Under the pieces are notes generated by a model. The model did not search any database. It was not told where the DNA came from and saw only the letters and a program-made list of their open reading frames with translations. A DNA stretch of 64,000 bases, taken from the NCBI GenBank assembly GCA_964587315.1, contig CAZPLW010000001.1, positions 55,374 through 119,373 of the forward strand. Reading direction: 5' to 3'. This document shows positions 36,336-44,276 of this stretch, in pieces. This DNA comes from an uncultured Lysobacter sp. (lineage in GTDB: Bacteria > Pseudomonadota > Gammaproteobacteria > Burkholderiales > Usitatibacteraceae). A program made the position numbers and the translations under genes. Positions within the stretch are counted from its first letter, which is position 1. Each line of letters begins with the position of its first letter.

Positions 36336-37304
36336 TCATTGCGGGGCCTTGGCCCATGTCTTGTCGGGATTGAACAGCTTCATCGCGGCCGCGAGCCGGG
36401 CGGTATCGCTGCCCAGGTCCTTCTCGAAGACCACGCCGTCGTGGTTCACGACGAAGGTCTTCACGCCGGAATTGCGGTAGCTGGCGGGCCAGGCGACGAT
36501 CGCGAAGCCGCCGAAGAGCTTGCCCTTCACGAGGTAGTCGTAGGCGCCGCCCGGGGCGTCCTTGCCCTGCGCGGTGAGGATGCGGAAGTAGTAGCCGTGA
36601 TAGGGCATGGGCTTCGCGTCCTTCTTCCCGGCGCCGTACCCTTCGCTCACGGCCTTCGCGGCCAGCGGGCCCAGCGGGCTCGCGGGCTCGCCTGCCTTCG
36701 TCTCCCAGTACAGCCCGTCCTTCTTGCCCGGCGTCGAGCGGATGCGCGCCGCGTAGTGGTGCAGGCCGTCGCCGTCGGCGTCCCGCGCGGCGTACTCGCG
36801 CTGCGCGTCCACGGCGGCCAGCAGGGTCTGGATCGTGTCGAGCTCGTTGCGGCCCACGCGGCGGTTCATGACTTCCTCGCGCCCCGCGTCCGCGTCGAAC
36901 GCCCACTTGTCGCCCTTCTTCACGAGCGGCGCCGGAAAGGGCCAGTCGTCGCCGATGACCAGGATCGCCTTGGCGTCGCCCTCCTTCGCGAGCCGGTTCT
37001 TCGCGTCGTAGCCCGCGAGGAATTTCTTCCAGTCCGACGCGTCCGCGACGCGGTCGCCGGTGAAGAGCCAGCTGCGGGACTTCGGGCCGATCACCGCGAC
37101 CATGCCCTCCACGTCGCTCGCGCGCACCGCCTCGACGAGGGCCTTCACGGCCTCCTCGGGCGTCGCGAACGACTTCTGGACCGCGGCCTTGGGCGCGGCT
37201 TTCGCCGCCGGGGCATTCTTCTGGTCCTGCGCGAGGGCGCCGCCGCCGGCGATCGCGATCGCGGCTCCGGCCAGGACGCCGGCCATCCATCTCGTCGTAT
37301 TCAT
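36336..37304 (-). CDS. DUF2950 domain protein (copy A)
   Basis: Signal peptide, then FATPEEAVKALVEAV..VGRNELDTIQTLLAAVDAQREYA..GLYWETKAGEPASPLGPL..YHGYYFRILTAQG..FAIVAWPASYRNSGVKTFVVNHDGVVFEKDLG. Its start shares one nt with the DUF3300 stop (TGATG). Confidence 0.85.
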   Translation of the reverse strand: MNTTRWMAGVLAGAAIAIAGGGALAQDQKNAPAAKAAPKAAVQKSFATPEEAVKALVEAVRASDVEGMVAVIGPKSRSWLFTGDRVADASDWKKFLAGYDAKNRLAKEGDAKAILVIGDDWPFPAPLVKKGDKWAFDADAGREEVMNRRVGRNELDTIQTLLAAVDAQREYAARDADGDGLHHYAARIRSTPGKKDGLYWETKAGEPASPLGPLAAKAVSEGYGAGKKDAKPMPYHGYYFRILTAQGKDAPGGAYDYLVKGKLFGGFAIVAWPASYRNSGVKTFVVNHDGVVFEKDLGSDTARLAAAMKLFNPDKTWAKAPQ

Positions 37305-38521
37305 CAGCGTCTCCCTCCGCCACTTCGACCACCGCCGCCACCGGCACCGCGGCTCGAGGCGCCCCGGCTGCTGGCCGCCTGCGTGGATGCGCCCGAACCC
37401 GCGCCGGAGAATCCGCCGCTGGAACCGGAGCGCGAACTGGCCGCGGACGTCGAGGCCGACGGCGAACGCGAAGCCCCGGCCCCGGCATCGCGGGAACCCG
37501 CGCCCGCACCCGTCGTGCTGGCCGACGGCGAACGGCCGGCTCCCGCATCGCGAGCACCGGCACCCGCCGCCTGCGTCGAGGCGCCGGCCTGTTCCCGCCC
37601 GCGGTACTGGTCGCGGGCCTGCGCCGACTGGGCGTTCGCGCCCTTGCCGTACTGCGAGGCCGCCGCCTGGTTGCCGTAGGGAACGCCCTTGCGGGATGCC
37701 GTGTTGTGCTGGAAGTTGTTGTTCTGGATGTTGGTCTTGTTGAAGTTGTTGTAGTTGTTCACGTTCACGTTCACGTTGTTGCCGCCCCAGTTGCAGTTGC
37801 CCCAGATGGCGGCGCCTACCACCACGCCGGTGGCGAACGCGAGGCCGGGCGGATAAACGTACGCGGGCGGATACATCGAATAGGGCGGGTACGGATACGG
37901 CCACGTGCCGTAGACCGTCGCCGGGTTGTAGGTCGGGACGTAGACCACCTCCGGCTTCGGGGACTCGATGATGTAGACGGTCTGGCTGCCTTGCTGCTCC
38001 GTCTTCACCGTCTGCTCCGGCGTCGACTTGAGGTTGCCCGCCTTCTGCGCCTTGGCGCGCAGCGACTGGACCGTCGTCATCACGGCCTTCTGGTCCGCGA
38101 GGAAGGCATCGCCCAGCTTCTGCGTCCAGGTGAGGTTCTCGTTCATGTGCCCGAGCACCTTGGGCACGGCGGTGAGCGCCTTCACGGCCGGGTCCCACGC
38201 CTGCTTCTGCATCGCGTCCTCGAGCGCCTTGTCCTTCACGCCCGGGTTGGCCTTCGACCAGCGCGCCGCCTCGACGACCTCGAGCGGGTAGGTGGAGGCC
38301 ATGAGGATCTGCGCGACGAGCGCATCGGGATACAGCGCGATCGGCGCGAGGAGCTGGTCGAGCTCCTGCTGCGGGATGGCGGCGACCGGCGCGGCGGTGC
38401 CCGGTGGCGGCGCGGCGGCGCCCGGCGGCGGTGTGGCGGGTTGCTGGCCCCACGCCGGGAAGGCGCCCATGAGGAGCGCCACGGCCAGGGTCCGGTATCG
38501 GGAGGGGGTCGATTTCGTCAT
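37304..38521 (-). CDS. DUF3300 domain protein (copy A) with a Gly/Ser/Arg-rich C-terminal tail
   Basis: Signal peptide, then QQELDQLLAPIALYPDALVAQILMASTYPLEVVEAARW..KQAWDPAVKALTAVP, which is the DUF3300 core. The last ~110 aa are low complexity. Confidence 0.85.
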   Translation of the reverse strand: MTKSTPSRYRTLAVALLMGAFPAWGQQPATPPPGAAAPPPGTAAPVAAIPQQELDQLLAPIALYPDALVAQILMASTYPLEVVEAARWSKANPGVKDKALEDAMQKQAWDPAVKALTAVPKVLGHMNENLTWTQKLGDAFLADQKAVMTTVQSLRAKAQKAGNLKSTPEQTVKTEQQGSQTVYIIESPKPEVVYVPTYNPATVYGTWPYPYPPYSMYPPAYVYPPGLAFATGVVVGAAIWGNCNWGGNNVNVNVNNYNNFNKTNIQNNNFQHNTASRKGVPYGNQAAASQYGKGANAQSAQARDQYRGREQAGASTQAAGAGARDAGAGRSPSASTTGAGAGSRDAGAGASRSPSASTSAASSRSGSSGGFSGAGSGASTQAASSRGASSRGAGGGGGRSGGGRR

Positions 38522-38717
38522 CTTCGCTTCCTGGCCGGCTCGGGACATCGCCGGAAAAGAGACTGCGATCGGACTTGCGGCGGGAACATCCCGGCGCGGG
38601 CATCGCGCCGTCGAAATCATCTCATGGCGCCGGTGGCGGAAAAGGCGCGCCGCCCCGCGAAAGCGAGACGGCGCAAGTCACCGGGGTACCGGGGAACGGC
38701 GATCGCGCCGATCGGGG

Positions 38718-39281
38718 TCAGAAGCGGAAATCCACCCCGACGAGGTAGCTGTCGACCTCGATCTTGTCGTTCTTCATCCACTCGGCGAACAGGCCGACGT
38801 TCTTCGAGAAGAGATACCGCGCGCCGATGCCGTAGGTGGCACCGGTCTGCTTGTCCGACTCGCCGGCCGTGAAGTTCGCCGTGTTGGCGTTGGCCTTGAT
38901 CTCGGACTCCTCGATGCCGATTCGCCCATAGATCTCGAAGTTCTGGGCAACCGGCGCGATGCCGACGGCCGAGATGCCGAAGGACTTGGCCTTGGCCGAG
39001 CCGCTCACGTCGATGTTGCCCGAGCGGCCGCTGAACGTGTACTTGCCCAGGTCGTAGTAGCCGACCTCGACCGCGAAGTTCGGATGGAACCGGTAACCGC
39101 CGCGGATGGTGTAGGTCTTGTCGCTGTCGTCGATGGTCGCGTCCTGCAGGCCGGTGATGTCCTGGCCGGTCTTGCCGAGGCTGCCGATGCCCGCGCCGAA
39201 TCCGACGTACCAGCTCTGGGCGAACGCGGGGGCGGACACGAGGCCCGCGGCCAATGCGACGGCGGTGATGATCTTCTTCAT
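38718..39281 (-). CDS. Small outer-membrane beta-barrel protein (OmpA-N / OMP_b-brl type)
   Basis: AAGGAG RBS and signal peptide MKKIITAVALAAGLVSAPAFA. QSWYVGFGAGIG.. and terminal YLVGVDFRF are typical of an 8-stranded barrel. Confidence 0.75.
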   Translation of the reverse strand: MKKIITAVALAAGLVSAPAFAQSWYVGFGAGIGSLGKTGQDITGLQDATIDDSDKTYTIRGGYRFHPNFAVEVGYYDLGKYTFSGRSGNIDVSGSAKAKSFGISAVGIAPVAQNFEIYGRIGIEESEIKANANTANFTAGESDKQTGATYGIGARYLFSKNVGLFAEWMKNDKIEVDSYLVGVDFRF

Positions 39282-39344
39282 GGTGCTACTCCTTGCGTGA
39301 GCGGATAGGTTTGCCACGGGTGCGTGAAACGTGCGCGAAGGCTT

Positions 39345-39995
39345 CTACTTGGCCTTCGGCGCTTCAGTCTTGGGCGCGGCGGCCTTCGGGGCGGGGGCCT
39401 TCGCGGCCGGCTCGACGCTGAGCGCGAGGGCTTCCGTGTACTTCACCTCGACCTGGTCGCCCTTCTTCACCACCTTGAACTGCTCGGGATTGCGCACGTC
39501 GAGCGTCACGACCTTGCCCTTCGGGCCCTTGAGCGTGATGGTCTTCTTGGCGGAATCGACGTCGGTCACCTCGGCGATGGCGGTGACCTGCCGGGCGCCT
39601 GCGACGGCGGGCTTCTCGCCCGGCTTCGCCTTCGCCGCTTCTTCGCGGACCGTCGGCTCGCCGGCCGCGACCTTGGTCTTCTTCAGCTCGAGCGAGAGGG
39701 CCTCGACGTAGCGAACGACGACGGAGTCGCCGACCTTGATCTGGTCGAAGTTCTTCACATCGAGACCGGCGACGATGTCGCTCGTCTCGCCGTTGGGGCG
39801 CTTGAGCGACACGGTGCGGGTCGCCTTGTCGATCGCGACCACCAGGGCCGTGGCCTCGACGGCGTTGACGGCCGTGGCCTTGCCGGGTTCGCTCTTCAAC
39901 GCGGAACCGCCGGTGACGCCGGGTTGCTGGGCAATGGCCGCCGTGGCGAAAAGCGCGGCGGCAATGGCGATCGAGAGGCGGGTCTGGGTCTTCAT
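39345..39995 (-). CDS. Secreted protein made of two tandem homologous ~60-aa domains, Lys/Ala/Pro tail
   Basis: Signal peptide. Domain 1 is VVAIDKATRTVSLKRPNGETSDIVAGLDVKNFDQIKVGDSVVVRYVEALSLEL. Domain 2 is IAEVTDVDSAKKTITLKGPKGKVVTLDVRNPEQFKVVKKGDQVEVKYTEALALSV. Confidence 0.65.
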   Translation of the reverse strand: MKTQTRLSIAIAAALFATAAIAQQPGVTGGSALKSEPGKATAVNAVEATALVVAIDKATRTVSLKRPNGETSDIVAGLDVKNFDQIKVGDSVVVRYVEALSLELKKTKVAAGEPTVREEAAKAKPGEKPAVAGARQVTAIAEVTDVDSAKKTITLKGPKGKVVTLDVRNPEQFKVVKKGDQVEVKYTEALALSVEPAAKAPAPKAAAPKTEAPKAK

Positions 39996-40057
39996 GGGGG
40001 ATCCTTCAAGGGGTGAAAGAGGGTAATGGCGCGCCCGCGGACAAGGGGCCAGCCTGA

Positions 40058-40102
40058 ATGATCACTGCCGGCAGTGGTCAACATGTTGATCATTCTCATG
40101 AT
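40058..40102. promoter_or_regulatory. Three abutting palindromes upstream of the 39995 gene
   Basis: TGATCACTGCCGGCAGTGGTCA (core 40062-40075 is perfect), TCAACATGTTGA (40077-40088, perfect) and GATCAT-TCTC-ATGATC (40087-40102). Confidence 0.35.
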
Positions 40103-40344
40103 CCCCTCGAAAGCCGTCCTTCGGCTGGTCCGTTTCGGACAGCGATTGGACGTTTCCGGACAGGGATGGGCCCGAAGGGTCGCTTGGCTCGAGCCGCCAA
40201 GGCGCCCTGGAGGGCCAGTCATTCGACCTTGCCCGGACTTGCAGCGACCGATTGGGCTTTTTGCAGTCTCGGCCCGGGCGGGCGCGCCGTCTATCGGAAA
40301 AGCGCAAATCCGGGGCCGGGATCGCGGAGCCCACGATCGCGCTC

Positions 40345-40640
40345 CTGTTCGGGTGCCCTCGTCGGCCAGCTCCCGCATCGCGGCTGCAGCGAACTGCGGC
40401 GCGGCCCATCGGCGCACGTCGACTTCGTTCCGGATGTACCCGTGCCCGCGCATGAAGTCCTTCGCGACCTCGATCGCGTCAAGGTTCGCGGATGAGGCCC
40501 CTCAGGAAGGCGACGACCAGCTCGGGATGCGCCTCGGCAAGGGTCGCGTCGACCGTGAGCGCATAGGGGCTGTTGGCGACCTGGAGCATCGCGTCCGGAT
40601 ACCGGTCCAGGCGCTCTTCACGGGCCACGCCGGGGAAGTC
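40345..40640 (-). pseudogene. Frameshifted remnant of an unidentified gene
   Basis: ..RYPDAMLQVANSPYALTVDATLAEAHPELVVAFLRGLIR stops at 40479. The sequence continues sensibly in another frame (ANLDAIEVAKDFMRGHGYIRNEVDVRRWAAPQFAAAAMRELADEG). No start, RBS or N-terminal part is present. Confidence 0.3.
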
Positions 40641-40892
40641 GAGGTGGCCGCGATCTTCTCCATGCATCCGCGCACCTTGAGCCGTCGCCTCGCCGCGGCC
40701 GGCACCAGTTTCCGGCAGCTCGTGGACGAGTGCTCGTTCGAGATCGCGCGCCACCTGCTCGAGTTCTCCCGGCAGGACGTGGCCCAGATCACCGCCGCGC
40801 TCGACTACGCCGACCCGAGCGCCTTCACGCGGGCTTTCCGGCGCTGGAGCGGCACGACACCGGCGTGCTGGCGGGCGTCTAGGACACGCTGA
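40632..40892 (+). pseudogene. AraC/XylS family regulator, C-terminal HTH fragment only
   Basis: EVAAIFSMHPRTLSRRLAAAGTSFRQLVDECSFEIARHLLEFSRQDVAQITAALDYADPSAFTRAFRRWSGTTP is a complete second half of an AraC DNA-binding domain. No ligand-binding domain lies upstream. Confidence 0.45.
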
Positions 40893-41016
40893 GAGAGGCT
40901 TTCGCGGTTCGCCCACCCATTGCCGGAGACCAACCCGGAGCCCCCCGCCGGACCCTGTAATATGGAAGCCCGACTCCGGCCACGCCGGTCTCGTTTCCGT
41001 CCCCAGAGGCCCAGAG

Positions 41017-41565
41017 ATGCGATTTCGTCGCGGAATTCCCGCAGCCCTCGCCGCCGCCGCGGCGCTTGTGCCCGTTGCCGCCCACGCATCCTTCCTCTCG
41101 GGCGACGCGCTCGACGCCATGGCGAACGTCATCGCCTGGATCGTGCTCATCTTCGTGCCGGTCGGCGGCATCGTCCTCTTCTGGATCGTGCACGTGATGC
41201 CCGAGAAGATCGCGGAGAAAAGCCACCATCCCCAGCAGCAGGCGATCAAGACGCTTTGCCTGCTCTCGCTGGTGTTCGGCGGGCTCCTGTGGCCGATCGC
41301 GTGGCTCTGGGCGTACACGCGGCCGGTCGCCTACCGGATGGCGTACGGCACCGACAAGCACGAGGAGTACTACGAGAAGATGGCCGAACGGGCTCGCCGC
41401 GGGGAACTCGACGCCGGCGAGATCGCGCACCTGAAGTCGGAGATCGACTACATCGAGTCGCGGGGCAACCTCAGCGCGCACCTGCGGGAGCTGCGCGAGA
41501 CCCTGGCGCACGCTAAGCCGGCGACGCCCGTACCGGCGGCCGCACCCAAGGAAGGAGCCGCCTAG
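41017..41565 (+). CDS. DUF3302 (YiaW-like) membrane protein
   Basis: IVLIFVPVGGIVLFWIVHVMPEKIAEKSHHPQQQAIKTLCLLSLVFGGLLWPIAWLWAY matches the YiaW pattern. It is immediately followed by a YiaV-like HlyD gene. Confidence 0.75.
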   Translation: MRFRRGIPAALAAAAALVPVAAHASFLSGDALDAMANVIAWIVLIFVPVGGIVLFWIVHVMPEKIAEKSHHPQQQAIKTLCLLSLVFGGLLWPIAWLWAYTRPVAYRMAYGTDKHEEYYEKMAERARRGELDAGEIAHLKSEIDYIESRGNLSAHLRELRETLAHAKPATPVPAAAPKEGAA

Positions 41566-42786
41566 ATGGACGCCCTCCTCCTTGCCATCTACGCGTTCTT
41601 CGTCTGGTTCGTCTTCATCAAGAAGAAGTGGCTGCCGTGGAACACCACGTCGCAGGTGATCGTGGTCATCATCCCGGTCGTCGCCCTCACGATCCTGGTC
41701 CTGCTCCTGAACGTCTTCGCGCCGACCTCGGCCGACGTGCGCGTCGTGAAGTACGTCGTGAACATCGTGCCGCAGGTGCGCGGGCGCGTGACCGAGGTGC
41801 CGGTCGAGCCCAACCGCCCGGTGAAGAAGGGCGACGTGCTGTTCCGGATCGATCCCACGCCCTACCAGCTCAACGTGCGCGCGCTCGAGGCGCAGCTCGC
41901 CAATGCCGTGGGCAGCTCCAAGGAGCTCGAGGAGCAGCTCGTCGCCGCCACCGGCAAGGTGACGGAGGCCCGAGGCGCCATCTCCCAGGCTTCCGCCCGC
42001 GTCCGGGAGGTATCGGCCCGCGCGGAACTCGCCCGGCTTCGCGTGACGCAGAACCGGGAACTGGTCGCCTCCGGCGCCGGCAACCAGTTCGACCTCGAGC
42101 AGGCCGAGGCCAACCTGAAGGAGTTGGAAGGCACCCTCGACAACGCGCGCGCCGCCGAGGCGCAGGCCCGCGCCGCCGAGGTACAGGCCATGGCCGGCGA
42201 GCGCCAGGTGAAGCAGCGCCTGGGCGCGCAGGCGAACGGCGAGTACGCGCAGGTCGCGCAGGTGCGCGCGCAACTCGAGAACGCGAAGTGGGAGCTTTCG
42301 CAGACGACCGTCGTCGCCCCCGCCAACGGCTACGCCATCAACGTCCAGCTGCGGCCCGGCGCGATGACGGCGGCCTTCCCCGTCACGCCCGCGCTCACCT
42401 TCGTCGAGGAGGAGTTCCAGATCATCGCCCTCTTCGGACAGAACGAGCTGCACCAGGTAATGCCCGGCAACCGCGCCGAGATCTCGCTCAACACCCATCC
42501 GGGCGACATCATCAAGGCGACGGTGGACTCGATCGTCTGGGCGCAGGGCCAGGGCCAGGTGCCTTTGTCCACGATCCTGCCGACGACGGGCGTGCAGGCG
42601 CCCCCGCCCAACCGTTTCCCGGTGAAGCTCACCGTGGACCCGGCGCAGAAGGACCTCTTCCTCGCCGCCGGCGCGGCCGGCAACGCGGCGATCTACACCG
42701 ACGGGTTCAAGGCGATCCACGTGATCCGCATGGTGTTCCTGCGCGTCGGCGCCAAGGTCAACTACCTCGTGCTCAAGCTGCACTGA
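41566..42786 (+). CDS. HlyD family membrane-fusion (periplasmic adaptor) protein, YiaV-like
   Basis: N-terminal TM segment, VRGRVTEVPVEPNRPVKKGDVLFRIDPTPYQ lipoyl-like motif, a long coiled coil and TVVAPANGYAINVQLRPG. Confidence 0.88.
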   Translation: MDALLLAIYAFFVWFVFIKKKWLPWNTTSQVIVVIIPVVALTILVLLLNVFAPTSADVRVVKYVVNIVPQVRGRVTEVPVEPNRPVKKGDVLFRIDPTPYQLNVRALEAQLANAVGSSKELEEQLVAATGKVTEARGAISQASARVREVSARAELARLRVTQNRELVASGAGNQFDLEQAEANLKELEGTLDNARAAEAQARAAEVQAMAGERQVKQRLGAQANGEYAQVAQVRAQLENAKWELSQTTVVAPANGYAINVQLRPGAMTAAFPVTPALTFVEEEFQIIALFGQNELHQVMPGNRAEISLNTHPGDIIKATVDSIVWAQGQGQVPLSTILPTTGVQAPPPNRFPVKLTVDPAQKDLFLAAGAAGNAAIYTDGFKAIHVIRMVFLRVGAKVNYLVLKLH

Positions 42787-44234
42787 TGCGACTGCCCGAC
42801 CGCCCCTCTCGAAGGGCCCCGCGCCTCGCGGCGATGGCGGTCTGCCTTGCCATTGCCGGCTGCGTGCTCAATCCGCCTCCCGACAAGGAGGCGCTCATGG
42901 CCGATGCGCTGCCGACGGTGAAGGCGCCCGGGGCGTGGATATCGCCGGGCGGCGGCACCGGCGCCGTCCAGGACGACTGGCTCGCGACCTTCTCGGACGC
43001 GCGGCTCGCGGCGCTCGTGACGGAGGCGCTCGCCAACAACCTCGACCTCCGCGTCGCCGCGGCGCGCATGGAGCGGGCCGCCGCCTACGCGAAGCAGGCC
43101 GGCGCGACTCTCTACCCGCAGGTGAACCTGCTCGGCACCGGCAGCTTCACCGGCTCCGATTCGGGCAGCGCCTTCAACACGTTCGGCCTCTTCGTCAACT
43201 GGGAGCTGGATCTCTGGGGCCGCGTGCGATCGCAGGCCGGGGCCGGATCGGCGCAGTACGAGGCCGCGGCCAGGGACACCGAATTCGCGCGCCAGTCGAT
43301 CGCCGCGCTCACCGCCAAGAGCTGGTTCCTCGCCATCGAGGCGCGCCGCCAGCGCGCGATCGCCCAGGAGATGGTGGCGGCCGCGGAGAGGATCGTGTCG
43401 CTCGCCGGCGAACGCGCCCGCGTCGGCCGGGGCGACGAATACGACGTTCGCGTGGCCACGGCGGGACTGCAGGCCTACCGCGATGCCGTCCTGCAGTTCC
43501 AGTTGGCCGAGTCGCAGGCCCTGCGCGCGATCGAGACGATCGTCGGACGGTATCCGGCCGCGACGCTCGAGCTCGCGCCGCAGTTCCCTCCCTTCCCGGG
43601 CGCCGTGCCCGCGGGTCTTCCCTCGGAGATCCTCGAGCGCCGCCTCGACGTCGCCGCCGCGGAGCGGCGCGTGGCTTCGGCCTTCTACCTCGTGGGCGAA
43701 GCCCAGGCCGCGCGACTGCCGCGCATCGCGCTCACGGCCAGCGTGAGCAGCATCACGAGCGACCTCGTCTTCCTCAAGGACCGCGACAATCCCGCCTGGA
43801 GCGCCGGCGGCAACCTCGTGATGCCCCTGTTCGCCGGAGGCGCCCTGAAGGCGCAGGTGGAGGTGCGCACCGCCGAGCAGAAGGCGGCGGTGGCGGACTA
43901 TGGCCGCATCGGCGCTCGCGCCTTCGCGGAAGTCGAGAACGCGCTCTCGGCGACCTTCAACCTCGCCCAGCGCGTTCCGGTGCTCGAATCGTCCGTCGCC
44001 GAGAACGAGCGGGCCCTCGAGCTCGCGCAGGTGCGCTACCGCGTCGGCTCGGCCGACCAGCGCGCCGTCCAGCAGCAGCTGCTCGCGACGTCCGCGGCGC
44101 GCGCGGCGCTCACGCGCGCCTTGAGCGAGCGCCTCGTCCAGCGCGTGAACCTGCACCTGGCGCTCGGCGGCAGCTTCGCCCCGACCGCCGTCGCGGCGGC
44201 CTCCGCGCCGGCGTCCAACCCCCCGCCGCAATAG
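42786..44234 (+). CDS. Efflux outer-membrane factor lipoprotein, NodT family
   Basis: Lipobox LAIAGC, then WLATFSDARLAALVTEALANNLDLRVAAARMERA and a duplicated TolC-like repeat. The start overlaps the HlyD stop. Confidence 0.9.
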   Translation: MRLPDRPSRRAPRLAAMAVCLAIAGCVLNPPPDKEALMADALPTVKAPGAWISPGGGTGAVQDDWLATFSDARLAALVTEALANNLDLRVAAARMERAAAYAKQAGATLYPQVNLLGTGSFTGSDSGSAFNTFGLFVNWELDLWGRVRSQAGAGSAQYEAAARDTEFARQSIAALTAKSWFLAIEARRQRAIAQEMVAAAERIVSLAGERARVGRGDEYDVRVATAGLQAYRDAVLQFQLAESQALRAIETIVGRYPAATLELAPQFPPFPGAVPAGLPSEILERRLDVAAAERRVASAFYLVGEAQAARLPRIALTASVSSITSDLVFLKDRDNPAWSAGGNLVMPLFAGGALKAQVEVRTAEQKAAVADYGRIGARAFAEVENALSATFNLAQRVPVLESSVAENERALELAQVRYRVGSADQRAVQQQLLATSAARAALTRALSERLVQRVNLHLALGGSFAPTAVAAASAPASNPPPQ

Positions 44235-44276
44235 CCGCCATCCGGCGAGCGGCGACGCCCAGGAAAGTCGCTCGAC

